Origin: an uncultured Micavibrio sp.
GTDB taxonomy: Bacteria > Pseudomonadota > Alphaproteobacteria > Micavibrionales > UBA1664
Assembly: GCA_964350795.1 (NCBI GenBank)
Contig: CAYGLI010000005.1
Span: forward strand, 1-53,942
Direction: 5' to 3'
DNA length: 53,942 nucleotides
Below are positions 48,577 to 53,942 of the stretch, piece after piece (position 1 is the first letter of the stretch; every line of letters begins with the position of its first letter). The notes below the pieces were generated by a model. The model saw only the letters and a program-made list of their open reading frames with translations, had not been told where the DNA came from and did not search any database. A program made the translations under genes and the position numbers.

Positions 48577-49863
48577 TTAAACTATTCCTGCCTTTTGACA
48601 AGTTGGTTTGATGGCCTCAATAATACTTTCCATGCCATCATTATATTTATTGATGGCGTAGGTTTGAGCATTATTTGAAAGCTCTAATTTTAAATTATAA
48701 TCATTCAATAATATTTTGAATTTATTATATAATTCATCGTTATTATTAACAATTAAGCAGGCGTTTTGTTTGGGCATTTCGCTGGCCTGAATTGAAAAAT
48801 TATGCAAGTCATCGCCACTGACGATTGCACATTGATGCCAGGCTGGTTCTAATAAATTATGCCCCCCACCTGGTTTCGTGCCCATGGAATTACCCACAAA
48901 TACGATAGGGCATAGATGATAAAACAACCCCAATTCGCCAATCGTATCGGCAACATAAATATCCGTATCCATGCGGCGGGACATTTTGAGAGATCGTCTT
49001 GCGATGTTTAACCCACTTTTGCTTAATTCATTGGCGATGCTTTCTCCGCGTTTGGGGTGTCGGGGGACGATAATTGATAATAAATTGGGGAAGTCGGTTT
49101 TGAGACGTTGATGAATTTCGAGCGCGATTCCTTCCTCGGGGTCATGTGTGCTGGCGAATAGCAAGCATGGTCGGGATTCAATAACAGCGCGAATATCATC
49201 GGCGGCGTGAATATCGAATGGTAGGGCAGGGGATAAATCTTTCAGGTTGCCTCTGGTTTCAACGGTCTCAATCCCAAGTGATTTTAAATTATCCGCATCA
49301 CGATGTGTTTGTGCTAAAATTGTATCAAAACAGGACAGCATATTTTGAAACCACAATCGTGCAATGGCCCATCGCTTAACGCTTTTATCCGATAGGCGCG
49401 CGTTCAAAAGCATGGATGGAATATTTTTATCCTTTATCGCCTTTAAATGATTTGGCCACAGCTCGGATTCAATCCAAATCACCATATCGGGATGCCAATG
49501 ATCGTGAAATTTTTCAATCCATTTGGGATGGTCATAGGGTATAAATTGATGCGTGACGTGGTCTGGCACGGTTCGTTTTTGGATCAATTGCGCCGATGTG
49601 ACCGTCATTGTTGTGATTAAAATATGCGGTGGATGATCCAGATTTTGAAAATAATCAATCAGGGGTAGGGCGGATAAGGCCTCTCCATTGCTTGCCGCGT
49701 GAATCCAGATGAGATTTCCATCAGGGCGTTTGATTTTTGATATCCCATATCGCTCGCTTAATCGTGATTTTATCTCTTTACCTTTTTGTACGCGGATAGA
49801 CCCTAACCCTTTTAATAATGGCCAAGACAGTGAAGTTAGGGATGAATAGAGACTTGAGAGCAA
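48577..49863 (-). CDS. waaA: Kdo transferase
   Basis: WIHAASNGE, ESELWPN, NARLS, VPRHP.RG, DTIGEL, GGHNLLEP. Confidence 0.96.
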   Translation of the reverse strand: MLSSLYSSLTSLSWPLLKGLGSIRVQKGKEIKSRLSERYGISKIKRPDGNLIWIHAASNGEALSALPLIDYFQNLDHPPHILITTMTVTSAQLIQKRTVPDHVTHQFIPYDHPKWIEKFHDHWHPDMVIWIESELWPNHLKAIKDKNIPSMLLNARLSDKSVKRWAIARLWFQNMLSCFDTILAQTHRDADNLKSLGIETVETRGNLKDLSPALPFDIHAADDIRAVIESRPCLLFASTHDPEEGIALEIHQRLKTDFPNLLSIIVPRHPKRGESIANELSKSGLNIARRSLKMSRRMDTDIYVADTIGELGLFYHLCPIVFVGNSMGTKPGGGHNLLEPAWHQCAIVSGDDLHNFSIQASEMPKQNACLIVNNNDELYNKFKILLNDYNLKLELSNNAQTYAINKYNDGMESIIEAIKPTCQKAGIV

Positions 49864-49906
49864 AAAATATGCACTTTCTTAATAGTGGTTTGGTATAATA
49901 TTATAT

Positions 49907-50104
49907 ATGAAACGTGTGTTTAGCTCAAAACAGAAACGAAAACAAGCCGAGGATGCCATTATCCGCGATATCGCAAAGATTCAAAAAACGTTGGAGGCGC
50001 ATCGTGAAAACAAGGACGAAGATGTTGATAAAAAACAAGTCATGTCCGTTTTAACGCGATTTATTCAGTTAAAGAAAAATACGAAATTATCAGTTAAAGA
50101 GTAG
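49907..50104 (+). CDS. Small hypothetical protein
   Basis: 65-aa charged helical ORF; TATAAT immediately upstream. Confidence 0.45.
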   Translation: MKRVFSSKQKRKQAEDAIIRDIAKIQKTLEAHRENKDEDVDKKQVMSVLTRFIQLKKNTKLSVKE

Positions 50105-50828
50105 TTCCAACAGAATTAACCGTATTATCAATGGCATCAACAGAATCAGATAATGGTTTGGTTAAGCCGTCTGCCATACTTTCAAAGGAGCTATTAACGT
50201 CGGCCGCATATGTCCCTAATTTACTTTTTACGCTTTGACAGGCCATATCAATCATACGTTGTGGCGCACTTGCGATTGCACCTGTGAGGGCATCAATTTG
50301 CCCGCCGATAAGGTCACTTATGGATGGTATATTGACGACAGGAAGACAATTAGGCATGTCCCATATCATTTCTTTTGTGGGGCAATCGATTGTTGGAACG
50401 GACAATCCGCCCCCTAAACCAGTGCTCCCTATGGCAGAGTGAAAAGATTTAGACACATTGGTGAATTGTTGATTGACCAAAGATGCGGCAGAACCAGCCA
50501 AATTACCTGTAAAAAATTGGCTCATTGTATCTTTTAATGGTTGTTGCACAACAGATGCAATGGATGTGTTAGGCTTTGTTTCATTTGAAAAGATCTTCAT
50601 GGGGGCTTTCCAAACCTCTGTCTGTTGATCAAGACATGTGCCCTGTTCAATTGGTGTTTGTGGCACTATTATCGCCTTCGCCGCCTCAATCTCTTGTTGT
50701 TGAAGGGCGTTTTTACGATTGTTTGACTGTTCATGAACGGCCTCCTCGCACCCAATAATGACGGCGTAGGATGGTTGAGACAAAACCATTATGATGGTGA
50801 AGAATGTTACAAAGATTGGTTTTGTCAT
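50094..50828 (-). CDS. Secreted Cys-containing protein; stand-alone paralog of the C-terminal domain of 50843-52168
   Basis: Signal peptide (..QPSYA), AAGGA RBS, homologous over its whole mature length to the upstream gene. Confidence 0.8.
   Translation of the reverse strand: MTKPIFVTFFTIIMVLSQPSYAVIIGCEEAVHEQSNNRKNALQQQEIEAAKAIIVPQTPIEQGTCLDQQTEVWKAPMKIFSNETKPNTSIASVVQQPLKDTMSQFFTGNLAGSAASLVNQQFTNVSKSFHSAIGSTGLGGGLSVPTIDCPTKEMIWDMPNCLPVVNIPSISDLIGGQIDALTGAIASAPQRMIDMACQSVKSKLGTYAADVNSSFESMADGLTKPLSDSVDAIDNTVNSVGTTL
50256..50699. repeat. Direct repeat copy 1 (444 bp)
   Basis: Matches 50987-51430 (offset 731); by eye only two differences (50283, 50294). Confidence 0.92.
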
Positions 50829-50842
50829 ATCGTTCTTTCCTT

Positions 50843-52168
50843 TTAATTCGTCGCGTTTGTTACGCTGGTGGCGGCGTCTGATAATGGTTGTGTTGCCTTT
50901 TTCGCGGCATTTTCAAAAACGTCAGTCGCGTCATTGATCTGTGCGCCTAATTTACTCTTAATACCCTGACAGGCCTTATCAAATAGACGTTGTGGCGCAC
51001 TTGCGATTGCACCAGTGAGGGCATTAATTTGCCCGCCGATAAGGTCACTTATGGATGGTATATTGACGACAGGAAGACAATTAGGCATGTCCCATATCAT
51101 TTCTTTTGTGGGGCAATCGATTGTTGGAACGGACAATCCGCCCCCTAAACCAGTGCTCCCTATGGCAGAGTGAAAAGATTTAGACACATTGGTGAATTGT
51201 TGATTGACCAAAGATGCGGCAGAACCAGCCAAATTACCTGTAAAAAATTGGCTCATTGTATCTTTTAATGGTTGTTGCACAACAGATGCAATGGATGTGT
51301 TAGGCTTTGTTTCATTTGAAAAGATCTTCATGGGGGCTTTCCAAACCTCTGTCTGTTGATCAAGACATGTGCCCTGTTCAATTGGTGTTTGTGGCACTAT
51401 TATCGCCTTCGCCGCCTCAATCTCTTGTTGACGCAGGGCATCGACCCTTGCTTTTGAAACATCCAATATAGCGGGGTCACAACCGATTAGGTTGTGCAGT
51501 CCATCAGCCTGCGCTTGTGCAAATACTCCCGCGGCATTGGGGACACCGCCACCACACGTGATTCCAGCCGGATCACCCATGATACCGTAACCTTGGAATT
51601 TTCCTGCATACGCCAATGCGGAGGTTCCTAATTGATCGCTAGAACCAGAGCTTGATGTTCGGATCATTCTGCGCGCTCCACCACATCCCGAAAGGTGGGC
51701 GGCGCCGACCAAGCCAGACATTGTTATTTGCACGCCGTTGATCGTTGTTCCAATTGCGTCTGTAGCCGGTGGATATGTTTTTCCACTTTTGGTTGTGTAA
51801 GGCTTACTTAAACAACTCGCATTGTTTGCAACAAATGTCTGTATTGTTTGTTCTTGCATTGCGGGGCTTTTAGAAAACGCGACAGGATCAATGCCCATAC
51901 CAACAAGTGTTTTTGGCATGAATTGATATTTCCCAATCGGTTTATCGCCATAGTGCATACTTTTAGGGTCGCTGATAGTTGGCCCCATACAATCATATTG
52001 ATTTGTTCCGCAACCGCCGCTTTCTGATTGGGCAAGAGCATCGTAAAAAGCGCCCGAGCTACAGGCTGCATTTCCTGCTATTGCCAAATCAGCGTCGGCA
52101 AGGGCATTACCCAGACCAAAACTGAATATGTATAAAGCAGCAATGATATAAATTTTATTTTTTATCAT
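50843..52168 (-). CDS. Secreted protein: lysozyme-like domain plus Cys-containing C-terminal domain
   Basis: Signal peptide; SESGG, GKYQF, F.KSPAMQE, INGVQITMSGLVGAAHL.G.GG, DQLGTS..Y..KF.GY; start set at MIKNK (ATGA overlap). Confidence 0.75.
   Translation of the reverse strand: MIKNKIYIIAALYIFSFGLGNALADADLAIAGNAACSSGAFYDALAQSESGGCGTNQYDCMGPTISDPKSMHYGDKPIGKYQFMPKTLVGMGIDPVAFSKSPAMQEQTIQTFVANNASCLSKPYTTKSGKTYPPATDAIGTTINGVQITMSGLVGAAHLSGCGGARRMIRTSSSGSSDQLGTSALAYAGKFQGYGIMGDPAGITCGGGVPNAAGVFAQAQADGLHNLIGCDPAILDVSKARVDALRQQEIEAAKAIIVPQTPIEQGTCLDQQTEVWKAPMKIFSNETKPNTSIASVVQQPLKDTMSQFFTGNLAGSAASLVNQQFTNVSKSFHSAIGSTGLGGGLSVPTIDCPTKEMIWDMPNCLPVVNIPSISDLIGGQINALTGAIASAPQRLFDKACQGIKSKLGAQINDATDVFENAAKKATQPLSDAATSVTNATN
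50987..51430. repeat. Direct repeat copy 2 (444 bp)
   Basis: See 50256-50699. Confidence 0.92.
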
Positions 52169-52704
52169 CTTTTTGCCTCTGTGTATTTTAAGCCATCCCA
52201 AAGCCAAATTTTCACTGATTTTTTGGCTTGTTCAATTGATGTTGAGATAATATTTGCAGAACTGTTTTTGGATGAATTTACATCAAAATAAACGGCATGA
52301 GCCTGTAAACTTAAAACTAAACTCCATTTGTTTCCACCGGATGATGCATAGATATAATATGGACAACCATAACTTGTGCAATAATACGATGTATTTTGAG
52401 CCGTGACAGCAAGAAATCGTTTTGGGTTTCTTGGGTCTAATCTTAGGTAAGATGCGTAAAAATCACCTTCTTCAAAACCGTCTTCTACTTCAAAAAATGC
52501 TGGATCTAATCTTTCTACTATTCTTAATGCCTCAGGATCGCTTGTTTGTTCATTCAAAACAATTTCCACCAATTTTGGTTTTGAATCTTGTGCATATGAT
52601 GGAGACACCATCAATGAGGCCATCAAAAAAACAGCCATAAACAGGATATTTAGAAATAAAATATGATTTGGAATGCGTGTAATCACGAAAAACTCTCTTG
52701 TCAT
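52165..52704 (-). CDS. Exported beta-rich protein with a CxxxGC motif (possible lysozyme inhibitor)
   Basis: Signal peptide (..SPSYA), YYCTSYGCPYYIY, terminal WLWDGLKY; stop overlaps next start. Confidence 0.65.
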   Translation of the reverse strand: MTREFFVITRIPNHILFLNILFMAVFLMASLMVSPSYAQDSKPKLVEIVLNEQTSDPEALRIVERLDPAFFEVEDGFEEGDFYASYLRLDPRNPKRFLAVTAQNTSYYCTSYGCPYYIYASSGGNKWSLVLSLQAHAVYFDVNSSKNSSANIISTSIEQAKKSVKIWLWDGLKYTEAKR

Positions 52705-52788
52705 TAATGGTTTTATACTCTCTCAGTATACCAAAAAAGATTAATAATTCATAAAATTTTATCTAAATTTTAACGATTATTATTGGTT

Positions 52789-53007
52789 TTAGGCAACTTC
52801 GTTCAAATCAATGTCCAAAATGGCCATGTTAAAGTCGTATGAAATCTCGCCTTCGTCTTCGTCTTTATACAAAACGCCTAAAAATTCACCTTTTAAGAGA
52901 ACCTCAACCGAATCGCCTGTTTTTCGCATACGAAGGATTAAATCAGGCTGGCCGAATTTTTGTTGCAGGTATTTTTGTACCTTTTGAATTTCGTTGGGTG
53001 ACATCAT
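52789..53007 (-). CDS. DUF3126 family protein
   Basis: DSVEV...EFLGVLYKDEDEGEISYDFNMAILDID. Confidence 0.88.
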   Translation of the reverse strand: MMSPNEIQKVQKYLQQKFGQPDLILRMRKTGDSVEVLLKGEFLGVLYKDEDEGEISYDFNMAILDIDLNEVA

Positions 53008-53070
53008 GGTTTTGTATCCTTTATTTTATATTTATTTATTAATAACGCCATGACACAGTGACGCCAAGGT

Positions 53071-53421
53071 TTATTTTAATAATTTTTCTTTATATTCAGT
53101 TTCGTTAAAACCCAAAATAATGGTGTCATCTTTGGCCACAATGGGACGTTTGATAACGGAAGGTTTTGCGTCGGCCAATAATTCGGCGCTTTTACGTGTC
53201 ATTGCGTTACGGTCATCTTCTGGGATTTGTCGCCATGTCATGCCGCGTTTATTAATAACATTTTCCCATCTATGGATGCCCATGGCCTTTGATAAAAAAT
53301 CAGCATCAACACCTGATTTTTTATAATCATGAAAATCATAGATGATGTTGTTGTCATCCAACCATTTGAACGCCTTTTTCATCGTATCGCAATTTTTGAT
53401 GCCGTAGATTTTACAAGCCAT
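53071..53421 (-). CDS. ArsC/Spx (YffB-like) reductase family protein
   Basis: IYGIKNCDTMKKA, FHDYKKSG, INKRGMTWR, IKRP; start set at MACKIYG. Confidence 0.9.
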   Translation of the reverse strand: MACKIYGIKNCDTMKKAFKWLDDNNIIYDFHDYKKSGVDADFLSKAMGIHRWENVINKRGMTWRQIPEDDRNAMTRKSAELLADAKPSVIKRPIVAKDDTIILGFNETEYKEKLLK

Positions 53422-53656
53422 CACCAGTCGTTCCAGCATTTTGTTGAATTCGTTCAAATCCCTGTGCCATGTAATCAGACTGACATGTAGCATCGTTGGA
53501 TTTTTGAATATGATAGCCAATTACGCCACCAACCATTGAACCTGTGGCGCTTCCTCCACAGTGAACGACTTGACCAGTTTCTGGATTTTTTAGCATAACT
53601 TTTGGTGTTGAGCAGGCTGTTAAGCCGATTACAGCTATTAATATTATTTTTTTCAT
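53411..53656 (-). CDS. Small lipoprotein with a glycine-zipper-like segment
   Basis: MKKIILIAVIGLTAC lipobox, LKNPETGQVVHC, GGVIG, C...Y...GF. Confidence 0.7.
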   Translation of the reverse strand: MKKIILIAVIGLTACSTPKVMLKNPETGQVVHCGGSATGSMVGGVIGYHIQKSNDATCQSDYMAQGFERIQQNAGTTGDGL

Positions 53657-53679
53657 TTGCTTACTTTCTTTATTTAAAT

Positions 53680-53942
53680 TTAAAATGGTGCCTTTGTTTC
53701 ATTATTCATGAATTCAATAAATTCATCTTGCGTTAATGTTTTGGTTTCTTGCGACCCCAGCGTCCTTAAGGATACTGTTTTGTCTTCGGCTTCACGGTTT
53801 CCAACAACACAAATATAAGGGATTTTTTTCATGCTGTGGTCACGAACCTTGTAATTAATTTTTTCGTTTCGTTTATCAATATCGACGCGTAATCCATTGT
53901 TTTTTAACTGGTTATAGATGCCTTCGGCATATGGCATCGCCT
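53680..53942 (-). CDS. thrS: Threonine--tRNA ligase, C-terminal fragment (truncated by window edge)
   Basis: RNEKINYKVRDHS..KIPY..VVGNRE anticodon-binding domain. Confidence 0.92.
   Translation of the reverse strand, partial: AMPYAEGIYNQLKNNGLRVDIDKRNEKINYKVRDHSMKKIPYICVVGNREAEDKTVSLRTLGSQETKTLTQDEFIEFMNNETKAPF

Noticed and set aside
50256-51430. Diversity-generating retroelement TR/VR pair
   Set aside because: No reverse transcriptase, only two mismatches, both copies lie within coding paralogs
52735-52785. CtrA box upstream of the secreted module
   Set aside because: Only degenerate TTAA half-sites in very AT-rich DNA; no clean TTAA-N7-TTAA

Overview
Core-chromosome window of an AT-rich alphaproteobacterium. 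The gene orders argS-SPOR-nagZ-scpAB-tatABC, recG-sdhE-mfd, recO-parC and waaA-lpxK-lpxL are alphaproteobacterial; a Micavibrio-like lineage is my inference only. Most genes are housekeeping, plus tRNA-Lys(UUU) and gmd/fcl/UDP-glucuronate epimerase sugar genes. Non-routine content: (1) a complete 2,140-bp IS1595-family element (25-bp TIRs, 8-bp TSD TAAATTAT) carrying a Panacea/SocA-type antitoxin and a 2-TM partner behind a GAAC-N7-GAAC LexA-type box; (2) a three-gene secreted module: a possible inhibitor, a lysozyme-like enzyme fused to a Cys-containing TraL-like domain, and a stand-alone copy of that domain, the two copies sharing a 444-bp nearly identical tract; (3) at least three families of short palindromic repeats, several inserted in frame inside mfd, ggt, tatB and an acyl-CoA hydrolase; (4) two cases where the two arms of one palindrome family tightly bracket an AT-rich cargo gene; (5) a ~130-bp promoter-bearing non-coding element present twice. 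All calls come from reading the sequence and recalled family motifs; no searches were run.
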